From contig CAZSOZ010000001.1 of NCBI GenBank assembly GCA_964608675.1, positions 221,272-285,271 on the forward strand: a stretch of 64,000 bases of DNA, given 5' to 3'. The notes below the pieces were generated by a model. That model was given only the letters and a program-made list of their open reading frames with translations, did not search any database and had not been told where the DNA came from. The position numbers were made by a program, and so were the translations under genes. Positions within the stretch are counted from its first letter, which is position 1. Each line of letters starts with the position of its first letter. This document shows, piece by piece, positions 1-8,029 of the stretch. This DNA comes from an uncultured archaeon. Lineage in GTDB: Archaea; Iainarchaeota; Iainarchaeia; Iainarchaeales; 1-14-0-10-31-34.

Positions 1-12
1 TAATGAGAAAAA

Positions 13-282
13 ATGGATGACAGACTTTTTTATCAGGCGCCCCCGCCAAAAACAATAATACTAAAGGAATCAAAATTTAATCCAAAAAAAGCAGAAATCA
101 AAACAGATCAGGCAATAATTTGGGAGAATAAGGATTCATTTAAGCACACAATAACAGGATTTGGAATAAACAAAGAAATTCTTCCAGGAGAACAATTCAC
201 ATACAAATTCGAAGAACCAGGAACTTATGAATACGAAAGCACTTTGCAGAAAGACATGAAAGGAACAACACTAGTAATGTAA
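13..282 (+). CDS. Small cupredoxin-fold protein; the type-1 copper ligands appear not to be conserved.
   Basis: The C-terminal region HTITGF...GTYEYESTLQKDMKG aligns to plastocyanin GxYxFYCxPHxxxGMxG, but the Cys is replaced by Glu and the second His is not conserved. Confidence 0.35.
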   Translation: MDDRLFYQAPPPKTIILKESKFNPKKAEIKTDQAIIWENKDSFKHTITGFGINKEILPGEQFTYKFEEPGTYEYESTLQKDMKGTTLVM

Positions 283-315
283 TATTATACATAACTTTTT
301 TTAGGAGGAAGTTAA

Positions 316-771
316 ATGAAAATAGAATCCAAAAATTTTTCTGATACTGAATTTATTCCCCAAAGATTTTCTTGTGAGGGAGAAGACATTAACCCTGAAT
401 TAAAGATTTCAGGTATTCCTGAAAAAACAAAAGCCTTGGCTTTGATTGTTGATGACCCAGATGCTCCTTCAGGAATATTCAACCACTGGATTTTATGGAA
501 TATTCCAGTTAAAGAAAGAGAAAAAATAATTGAAGAAAATTCGGTTCCAGGGCTGAGAGGAATGAACGGCTTTGGAAAATTGGATTACGGCGGGCCGTGC
601 CCGCCAAGCGGAACACACAGATATTATTTTAGAGTTTATGCATTAAAAGAAAAATTAGATTTAGGGGAAGGAAATTCAAGACAAGAATTAAAGAAAGCAA
701 TGCAGGAAAAAATAATTGAACAATCAGAGTTAATGGGAAAATATCAAAAAAAAAACAATAAAATTAAATAA
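316..771 (+). CDS. Phosphatidylethanolamine-binding protein (PEBP/YbhB/YbcL family).
   Basis: Motifs DDPDAPSG, FNHWILWNIP and GGPCPPSGTHRYYFRVYAL are present, and a GGAGG ribosome-binding site lies upstream. Confidence 0.7.
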   Translation: MKIESKNFSDTEFIPQRFSCEGEDINPELKISGIPEKTKALALIVDDPDAPSGIFNHWILWNIPVKEREKIIEENSVPGLRGMNGFGKLDYGGPCPPSGTHRYYFRVYALKEKLDLGEGNSRQELKKAMQEKIIEQSELMGKYQKKNNKIK

Positions 772-863
772 AAAAAACAAAAATTACTAAAATTATTGAA
801 TTTTCACAAAAAAATCAATTAAAAGCTTTAAATTAAAAAAATTCCTTATTTAATTGATTAAAA

Positions 864-1088
864 ATGCCGTACAAAAAAACAAATGAATTGCCTGAAAGCA
901 TCAAAAGTAATCTTCCAAAAGAAGCACAAAAAATCTTTAAGGAAGCATACAATAATGCATGGAAGGAATACAAAGACCCAAAAAAAAGACAGGGAAACAC
1001 TTCAAGAGAAGGGGCATCAAGAAGAGTTGCATGGAGTGCAGTCAAAAAAAAATACAAAAAAAGCAAAGGAAAATGGGTAAAAAAATAG
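864..1088 (+). CDS. ChaB-family protein.
   Basis: MPYKKTNELPESIKSNLPKEAQKIFKEAYNNAWKEYKD...SREGASRRVAWSAVKKKY closely parallels the E. coli ChaB N-terminus (MPYKTKSDLPESVK...AQDIYKEAFNSAW...REE.AHKVAWAAVK). Confidence 0.7.
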   Translation: MPYKKTNELPESIKSNLPKEAQKIFKEAYNNAWKEYKDPKKRQGNTSREGASRRVAWSAVKKKYKKSKGKWVKK

Positions 1089-1136
1089 TGTTTTTTAATA
1101 TTAATTAACGAAAAAACAAATCTTTATATACATCTA

Positions 1137-1787
1137 GTGAGTATTTTTTTCATGCCAAGAAGAAGAAGGCCAAAGCCCGCAGGCAAAAACATCAAAGTTG
1201 AACAAAAAAAACAAAAAGAAATAAAATCAATGTTAAAAAAACAAAAAGAAAAGAACAAAGATTATCTTTCAACTGTATTAAAAAAAACAATCCAGGGCTC
1301 AGAAAAAAAAGAAGGAAGAAATGCCGCAGCCCATTTAGGAGTAAAACCAAAAAGCAATGCTCCAAGAATAAAAAAATATCCAAAATTAACGCTGTTTAAA
1401 CCGGTTCGCCTGCCTTCAGGCAATTATGTGGTTTCATTAAAAGCTAATTTGAAGGCGGTGACTCCTGAAAAATTAACCGGAAAAAAAATTCATTTTCCAT
1501 GGGGAATTGTAAAAAAAAGTGTAAAACCAAAAAGAAAGAGCGTTGAATTATGGGAACAAAAAAACATTACTTTGCAGGTTGAATATAATCCAAATAAAAT
1601 GCCTTCAAGGAAAGGAAAAGGAAAAATTCATATTCAAATAGCCGGGGGATCATCCAAAGTAGGCTTAACAAAAAAAGACAAATGGCGTTTTATTGAATTA
1701 TTGAAAAGAATTCATAAAGGAGAAAAACCAAAACAAACAGAAACCTTCAAAGTAACACTTGCAAAAGCATATACTGAAGTTATATAA
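1137..1787 (+). CDS. Hypothetical highly basic Lys-rich protein; the true start is probably MPRRRRPKP at 1152.
   Basis: Long ORF with no recognisable catalytic motifs. It shares the N-terminal MPRRxxP motif with ORF 5946-6170. Confidence 0.35.
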   Translation: MSIFFMPRRRRPKPAGKNIKVEQKKQKEIKSMLKKQKEKNKDYLSTVLKKTIQGSEKKEGRNAAAHLGVKPKSNAPRIKKYPKLTLFKPVRLPSGNYVVSLKANLKAVTPEKLTGKKIHFPWGIVKKSVKPKRKSVELWEQKNITLQVEYNPNKMPSRKGKGKIHIQIAGGSSKVGLTKKDKWRFIELLKRIHKGEKPKQTETFKVTLAKAYTEVI

Positions 1788-1829
1788 TTCTAACACAGTG
1801 TTTTTTATTTCTAACTCAAGGGCGTGGAA

Positions 1830-1910
1830 ATGTATGAAGAAAATTTGATTCTGGCATTGCTTTTGTGGCTTTGGTTTTTAAGGTTTGTTGGAAAAGGAGG
1901 CGTTGAATGA
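1830..1910 (+). CDS. Possible 26-aa hydrophobic micropeptide (MYEENLILALLLWLWFLRFVGKGGVE); its stop overlaps the ATG of the downstream XRE gene (ATGA).
   Basis: Read directly from the sequence; no homology support. Confidence 0.15.
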   Translation: MYEENLILALLLWLWFLRFVGKGGVE

Positions 1911-2100
1911 AAAACAGAATCAAAGAATTTCGAGCAAAATACAATTTAACTTAGGAACAGCTGGCTAAAATAGTTAAAGTTCGAAGAGAAACTATTGTTT
2001 TTCTTGAACAAGGGAAATACAATCCTTTGCTTAAACTGGCTCACGATATAGCAAAAATTTTTAATGAGCCAATTGAAAAAATTTTTGAATTTGAAGAGTA
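1907..2100 (+). pseudogene. XRE/Cro-C1 family HTH regulator with an in-frame TAG at codon 16 (1952-1954).
   Basis: A good ribosome-binding site (aaaggagg, 1893-1900) precedes the ATG at 1907. The translation [63 protein letters not shown] matches small XRE proteins (..LTQEELA..VSRQTIS.IE.GK.NPSL.LA.KIAK.F...IEEIF). The TAG sits at the conserved Gln codon (CAG), and TAG is a real stop elsewhere, for example at 8027-8029 and 20292-20294. Confidence 0.6.
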
Positions 2101-3286
2101 AATTTTTAGGAGTTCATTTCTACAGTTTTCGCCAAATAGTTTTTTTTTCGTCTATTGTTTGGATTTTAGATGATTCTTCATAGTTTGAATGCTGTCTTCT
2201 GGTTTAATGTTTTTGTTTGATATTTTGATTGGACAGTCTTATTTATTTGAAAAACCAAGTTTTATACATAACTTAGAATCCTGTTCGTCTTATTCAATGG
2301 TTCTGTTGATTAAGCCTTCCAAAAGATTTATCTGAATCAGCATAAAAAGCATGAAAAAAAGGGGAAACCAAGAATTCCGCTGAATATCTTGTGTATTGGC
2401 TTGATTTTGGCTGAAAATAGCTTAAATATGGCTCATTTTTATTAGACATAACCCGTATAAGACACATTATACGTGTTTTCCTAGAGGGGACTTAATCAAA
2501 AAACGCGAAAAATCAGCTTTACTGGAAGCAAGGAGGGTACAGACAGGAAAATAAGCATCGGCAGATTAAGAGTTATGTATACAAATTGAGGCAAATTTAA
2601 TACAGCTCAAAAAACATTAGCAAAATAGCTTTTCAGATAAAAAACTTCTCAAAATTAAAAAATTTCATAAAAAATTTTTATAAAAAAAAATTAAAATAAA
2701 ATATTCTTTTCTTTTCACACAAATTCAAAAAAATCAGAAAACACAGGAAAAAAAAACAAAAAAAAGAAAAAAAGCTTTTTTGGGGCTTTTTAGTTAATTT
2801 AGTTCATACGAAGCAGACATTTTCTAAAGTTTTTTGCTTAATTCTTTAAATTCATAAAAAATATTGCTTTTTTTTAACCTTTTTTAATTTTTTTTTAGTT
2901 ATTTGGTTTAATTAAGCTTTTTTAGGCAGTCAAATGCGTTTTTGGCTTGTTTTTTGGTTCTTTTGCTTTCCAGCAGGTTTATAACCCCCAACAACAAATA
3001 ATTATGTATAATTTTGCTACATAACTATCGGGCTTTTGGGGTTTTTATTCTCTTTTCCGTGTTCTTTTCTGCTTTTTTTTTACTTATTTTGGGGTTTGAT
3101 ATTGATTTTGATTGTGGTTGAGGGTTGAATGTTGGAACACGCAAATGCGGGATATGGAGTATTTTCTTTTTGCAAGGAAAAAAATTTGGGGCTGTTCTAA
3201 TGGAAAATGCTAATGGATTCAAATAAAGGGTTTTTTTTAGTTAAATTAAAACAAGTTTATAAACAGTTATGTATATATTTATTTTT

Positions 3287-3877
3287 ATGTTTGAATTTTT
3301 TTTTCAAAAAATTAAATTATTTTTTTTAATTTTTATTTTATTTGGATTTATTGGTTCTATTTCTTATTCTAATGTTAATTCAAATGCTTTAGTCTGCGGT
3401 GATTCAACCGGAGACGGAAAAGTCAATATTGCTGATTTATCTTTTTTGATTAATTATATTTTTTATTCAGGTCCTGTTCCTGAACCTATTGGAATAGCAA
3501 ATGTTGATAACAGCGGGGAAGTTAATATTGCTGATGCTTTTTATTTATCCAATTATATTTTTTATTCTGGTCCTGCGCCTAATTGTCCGGTAATTCAGCC
3601 AATAATTGTTATTCCTGAAGAAGGCCAAACTTTAAGTTCTCCTGTTTATGTTGCTGTTGAAAATCAAGGCATTGCTGATTCTTCTGAAATTAATGCTGTT
3701 AAGCTTTATTATTCTCTTGATAATTCAGATTGGGTTTATTTGCAGACTGATACTTCTGCGTCTGAGAATTTGTGGGAGTTTTCTGTTGAGCTTGAACCTG
3801 GTTTTAAATATATTATGGTTATTATGGAGTCAACTGAAGCCAGAACTTCTCCTTCTGTCTTAATCGAAGTAATCTGA
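3287..3877 (+). CDS. Secreted protein with two dockerin-type Ca-binding repeats.
   Basis: A signal peptide (KIKLFFLIFILFGFIGSISYS) is followed by GDSTGDGKVNIADLSFLINYIF and NVDNSGEVNIADAFYLSNYIF, which match dockerin type I repeats. The ORF track starts at 3269; the ATG at 3287 is the more plausible start. Confidence 0.6.
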   Translation: MFEFFFQKIKLFFLIFILFGFIGSISYSNVNSNALVCGDSTGDGKVNIADLSFLINYIFYSGPVPEPIGIANVDNSGEVNIADAFYLSNYIFYSGPAPNCPVIQPIIVIPEEGQTLSSPVYVAVENQGIADSSEINAVKLYYSLDNSDWVYLQTDTSASENLWEFSVELEPGFKYIMVIMESTEARTSPSVLIEVI

Positions 3878-3879
3878 TT

Positions 3880-4512
3880 TTATTTTATTCTTTTTTTGTG
3901 AAAATCTTTAATGAATGAATTCATTACATTTTTTCTTATGTCTGTAAGGGTTTTTTCATTTGTTTCTTCCATATCTATCATTTTTCCTTTTCTTGTTTGA
4001 ATTATTATGTTTCCTCCATCGTGGGATATTGTAGAGAATTCAACCAGCAAATCAATTCCGTTGTATTTTATTCTTGTTAAATAAGTTTTTTCTGAATAAA
4101 TTCTTCTGCCTATTTTGCGTTTATAGGTTTCTATAAATTCTTGGCTTGGCTTGCTTAATTGTTTAATTTCGCCTACTGGGGGAATTATTTTTTCCGAATG
4201 TATGTTTCCTGTCCGGCTTGTTATTTTTAATCCTGTTTTTTTGAGTGTTTCTTCTTGTTTTTTTCTTTTTTTGTTTGCTTTTGATATTAGTGTTTGAATT
4301 TGTCTTAAGGGTTTTGGGGTATTTCTTAAATATTTTGGTTTTCTATTGATTTTTTTCATATAACTAATTTTGTTTTTTTTATTAATAAATTTTTGCGTTT
4401 TCTTTTTTTTTGTGCTTGTTTTTAATTTCTTTTGTTCTTCCTTTATTGCATGAATTATCTTGATACTGCGGTTCTCGCTGCAAAAAAAGCAGGAAAAATT
4501 ATTTCTTCTCAT
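3880..4512 (-). CDS. Hypothetical basic protein; the start is probably an internal Met near 4359, which avoids overlap with the IMPase gene.
   Basis: ORF only; Lys/Arg-rich; no motif recognised. Confidence 0.3.
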   Translation of the reverse strand: MRRNNFSCFFCSENRSIKIIHAIKEEQKKLKTSTKKKKTQKFINKKNKISYMKKINRKPKYLRNTPKPLRQIQTLISKANKKRKKQEETLKKTGLKITSRTGNIHSEKIIPPVGEIKQLSKPSQEFIETYKRKIGRRIYSEKTYLTRIKYNGIDLLVEFSTISHDGGNIIIQTRKGKMIDMEETNEKTLTDIRKNVMNSFIKDFHKKRIK

Positions 4513-5229
4513 AGGGGGAAATTTACTGATCTTTCAAAAGTTAAATATAAGGGAGAAAGGGATATTGTGACTGAAGTTGATTTTGAAGCAGAAAAAATCA
4601 TTAAAGAAACAATTCTCAAAAGTTTTCCTTCTCATGAAATTCTTGCAGAGGAAACTCCAAGAGGTTATGAATTAGCTGACAATCTTTGGGTTGTGGATCC
4701 TTTGGACGGCACAGTTAATTTTGCTCACAATTACCCTAATTTTTGTGTTTCTATTGCTTTTAAACAGCAGGAGCAGACTCTTGTTGGGGTAATTTTTAAT
4801 CCGGTTTTGAATGAATTGTTTACTGCTGTTAAAGGAAAAGGCGCTTTTTTGAATGAAAAAAAAATTTTTGTTTCAAAAAACGCTGATTTAATTCGCATTC
4901 TGCTTAACACAGGTTTTTCTTATAATCGCGGAGAAAAAATGGAGTTTACTTTGAATGCAGTAAGAAGAATGCTTTATAAAATAAAAGACATTCGAAGAAG
5001 CGGTTCTGCAGCATTAGATTTAGCTTGTGTTGCCTGCGGAAGGACTGATGCTTATCTTGAATATCATTTAAAGCCGTGGGATTTATGTGCAGGAGCTTTA
5101 TTGGTTGAAGAAGCAGGAGGAAAAGTTTCTGATCCGGCGGGCTCTCAATTAAAGTCCCTTCCAATTGACTGCTTTGCTTCAAACAGCTTAATTCATGAAA
5201 AGCTTTTAAAAATAATAAACGAAAAATAA
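4450..5229 (+). CDS. suhB: Inositol monophosphatase / fructose-1,6-bisphosphatase family protein.
   Basis: Motifs WVVDPLDGTVNF, EEAGG and a conserved start MNYLDTAVLAAKKAGKII. The ORF track begins at 4432. Confidence 0.8.
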   Translation: MNYLDTAVLAAKKAGKIISSHRGKFTDLSKVKYKGERDIVTEVDFEAEKIIKETILKSFPSHEILAEETPRGYELADNLWVVDPLDGTVNFAHNYPNFCVSIAFKQQEQTLVGVIFNPVLNELFTAVKGKGAFLNEKKIFVSKNADLIRILLNTGFSYNRGEKMEFTLNAVRRMLYKIKDIRRSGSAALDLACVACGRTDAYLEYHLKPWDLCAGALLVEEAGGKVSDPAGSQLKSLPIDCFASNSLIHEKLLKIINEK

Positions 5230-5239
5230 TTATGTATAA

Positions 5240-5848
5240 TTAGAGTTTTATTTCTTCGAATGAGTCCATTGATACGTTTTCTCTTACTCTGTTTTCTTTT
5301 ATTTTTGTGTCTGATTCAATTACTTTGTCTGAAAATTGAGCAAATGCTTTCAATAGTTTTGGATCTAATTCTTGTTTTAAGTAAACTAGTATTCCTCCTG
5401 TACTGTTTTCTTTTAGTTTTCCTGTTGTATGGTGCACGAACTTCAAAACTGATTTTTCATTGTTATAAATCAGTAAAGTGTTGATTGAATCCAGTATTAA
5501 ATAATCTATTTTTGTTTTTTCCATTAATTTCAGTATCGCTAAACTGATTTGAGTCAGTGAATTTGGGTTGTCTATGTATTGTGTTTTTTCGTCACTCCAG
5601 CTTATTTTTCCTTTTGAAATGCTTTTGCTTATGCAGTCAATAAAATAAATGTTTTTTTGATTGATTTTTTTTTCTTTTATTTCTTTTTCCAGTGTTTTTT
5701 TTGTTTTGTTCACTGAAACAAAACATATTGATTTCTTTTTTAATGAAATTCCTTTCAGGATATTCATTATTCTTTCCTTATAGTTTTCATCTGGAACAAC
5801 CAGAATAATGTTTTGAATTTTTTCCAGTTCTTTAACTATTTTGTTCAT
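5240..5848 (-). CDS. KaiC/RecA-superfamily-like protein lacking a Walker A motif; a paralog of 30065-30628 and 30625-31542.
   Basis: It has a Walker-B-like YLILDSINTLLIYNNEKSVLKFVHHTTGKLKENSTGGILVY but no GxxGxGK[ST]. It is collinear with the two ORFs at 30.0-31.5 kb. Confidence 0.4.
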   Translation of the reverse strand: MNKIVKELEKIQNIILVVPDENYKERIMNILKGISLKKKSICFVSVNKTKKTLEKEIKEKKINQKNIYFIDCISKSISKGKISWSDEKTQYIDNPNSLTQISLAILKLMEKTKIDYLILDSINTLLIYNNEKSVLKFVHHTTGKLKENSTGGILVYLKQELDPKLLKAFAQFSDKVIESDTKIKENRVRENVSMDSFEEIKL

Positions 5849-5945
5849 GTTATTAATGAATAGTTTAATTCCTTTAAATACTTTTATTTGTTTTGCTTTA
5901 TTTTACCGCAAAGTATTTTAAACGTTTATTTTTAGTTTTTTTATT

Positions 5946-6170
5946 ATGCCTAGAAGAAAAAAGCCTGTTGAAGGCAAAATAATAAATAAAAGAGAGGATA
6001 ATGTCTGGAGAGAATGGTACAGCAAACTTACTCCTGCAGATCACGATAAAATGCTTGCTAAATTAGGTTTAGATGAAGAAGACAGAGAAGAATTTTTTGA
6101 GGAATCCAATATAGGGAAACCCCAAACCAAGCCAAAAACAAAAAGCAAAAAAGGAAAGAAAAAAAAGTAA
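5946..6170 (+). CDS. Small basic protein (MPRRKKP...), unknown function.
   Basis: ORF with a Lys-rich C-terminal tail. Confidence 0.3.
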   Translation: MPRRKKPVEGKIINKREDNVWREWYSKLTPADHDKMLAKLGLDEEDREEFFEESNIGKPQTKPKTKSKKGKKKK

Positions 6171-6560
6171 TTATTTTATTTGCAGTTCAACTGTTTTTTT
6201 GAATTTTTTTGAAGGATAACTGTAGCCTGATTCTTCTATGGTTATTTCTGTTGCAATAACTGCAATTTCTTGTTCTCCTTTTATTGCATAATTTTTTGGA
6301 AATACATCAATGTTTATTGTTTTTGTTTCTCCTGAATTAAGTTTTCCTAATTCTATTTGTTCTTTTTCTGCGTTGGTTTTGTTTAATCCCAGCTGGTTTC
6401 CGGCAATTATTTCCAGCCTTACTTTTTTTTCCTGCGGATAACGGTTAATTACTTCTATATTCATTCTTACAGGTTTTTTCTCCTGTAAGTCAAGTTTGAA
6501 TGGCACAAAATGCGTGTTAATTGCAATACTCAAAATCTTCCCCTCCTTTAAACAAATCAA
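6171..6560 (-). CDS. Hypothetical protein.
   Basis: ORF only. Confidence 0.3.
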   Translation of the reverse strand: MICLKEGKILSIAINTHFVPFKLDLQEKKPVRMNIEVINRYPQEKKVRLEIIAGNQLGLNKTNAEKEQIELGKLNSGETKTINIDVFPKNYAIKGEQEIAVIATEITIEESGYSYPSKKFKKTVELQIK

Positions 6561-6698
6561 GAATCAGTAAAATTATATGACATAAACTTAATTTAAATCT
6601 TTATTTTTTTTTGTTTTTTCCAAAAAGAATATAAATAAGTAAAAGAATAATCTATTAGAAAAGGAAAAACTATTTTTCCTTGTTTTTTTTGTGGAATT

Positions 6699-7175
6699 AT
6701 GTCTGAACTGCCTGAAAGCTCTCTTGTAAGAAAAACTTTCACAATTAGAACAATGGACTTGCCACCGAACGTAAAATTAACTAAACGTTCAATGCTCCGC
6801 TGGTTTGCTTTGGCTTTTGGTTTAATTTCTGAAAAGGAATCCCGCACAACAGTTCTTGAAGTTCTTGATGCGCTTTTTTATCTTAATCTTTCAAAAAAAG
6901 CTAATCCGACTGTTTTGGAAATTCAGGAGTACCTTAAAAAAAAGCATTTAAAGAAAATTTCTGAAAAATTACTGCGTTATCATTTAAACCGCATGAAGGA
7001 CACTGATTTGCTTGTCAGAAAGAAGCAAATGTATTTATTTAATCCTGCTCCTTTTGCAGAGCGTGATGACTTCAAGGCTTCTTTTAATCATTATATTACA
7101 AAGAACATTAATCATACTTTAATGAATTTAGAGGATGTTTTTTCTCAGCTGGCTGTAAGTTATAAAAAGAAGTAA
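6699..7175 (+). CDS. Hypothetical protein, possibly a winged-helix DNA-binding protein.
   Basis: ORF; weak pattern only. Confidence 0.3.
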   Translation: MSELPESSLVRKTFTIRTMDLPPNVKLTKRSMLRWFALAFGLISEKESRTTVLEVLDALFYLNLSKKANPTVLEIQEYLKKKHLKKISEKLLRYHLNRMKDTDLLVRKKQMYLFNPAPFAERDDFKASFNHYITKNINHTLMNLEDVFSQLAVSYKKK

Positions 7176-7192
7176 TCTCTTTTTTTTTTTGT

Positions 7193-8029
7193 ATGGCTTT
7201 CAAAAAAATTTCAATTGTTGTTTCAAAAACTGATCCAGCAGGCTTAAATATTGCAGAACACTTAATTAAAAAATTTGATTTCAAGCAAACAGAAAAACAA
7301 TTTAATTTTAATTCAGTTTATTTTTTTTCTTCAGAAAAAACGTTATTTGAATTGGTTTTCATTAACCAAAAACAGGTTTTTGCTGATTACTTGAATGAAT
7401 TAGATTCAGATTTAATTGTTTTTGCTTCCAAGCATTCAAGCAAAACAAAAAAACCTTGTTTAACTGTTCATTCAACAGGAAATTTTTCTAAAGCCGAATT
7501 AGGAGGAAAAACTAGAACTCTTTCTTTGGCATCTTCTTTTGTAATGAAAAATTTTTATTTAAATTTACTAAAAAAAGCCAAAAAAAGAAATTTTTTTCCG
7601 GTTTTTTTGGAGCAAACTCATCACGGTCCATTTCTTTTAAAACCTTCTGTGTTTATTGAAATTGGCAGTTCGGAGGAAGAATGGCAAAACCAAATTGCAG
7701 GAGAAATTTTGGCTGAAACAATAATAAATTCTTTTGAAAAATTTAATTCAAATTTTAGCACTGCTGTTGGAGTTGGAGGAACTCATTATTGTCCTGAATT
7801 CTCCAAAATAGAGGAAAGAACTCAGATTGCACTTTCTCACATTCTTTCAAAATATTATGTTGATGAAGTTGATTTGCGTTTGTTCAGGCAAATGCTGGAG
7901 AAAACCTTTGAAAAAGTTGATTTGGTTTTAATTGACTGGAAAGGTTTGACCAGCAGACAAAGAAACAAAATAATTTCTTTTTGCAAAGAACTCAGTCTTG
8001 ACTGGAAAAAAACAAGGGATTTTTTATAG
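7193..8029 (+). CDS. dtdA: D-aminoacyl-tRNA deacylase, archaeal type (DTD2).
   Basis: FASKHSSKTKKPCLTVHSTGNF, QTHHGP and FIEIGSSEEEW match Pyrococcus DTD2 (FASRHSSK..PALTTHVTGNW, ATHHGP, FFIEIGSSEEEW). About 278 aa, ending at a TAG stop. Confidence 0.85.
   Translation: MAFKKISIVVSKTDPAGLNIAEHLIKKFDFKQTEKQFNFNSVYFFSSEKTLFELVFINQKQVFADYLNELDSDLIVFASKHSSKTKKPCLTVHSTGNFSKAELGGKTRTLSLASSFVMKNFYLNLLKKAKKRNFFPVFLEQTHHGPFLLKPSVFIEIGSSEEEWQNQIAGEILAETIINSFEKFNSNFSTAVGVGGTHYCPEFSKIEERTQIALSHILSKYYVDEVDLRLFRQMLEKTFEKVDLVLIDWKGLTSRQRNKIISFCKELSLDWKKTRDFL

Noticed and set aside
883-1080. 65-aa ORF overlapping the ChaB-like gene in another frame.
   Set aside because: The ChaB frame has clear family similarity; the overlapping frame is a by-product.
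6593-6847. 84-aa minus-strand ORF.
   Set aside because: It overlaps the start of the plus-strand gene at 6699 and has no features; probably spurious.
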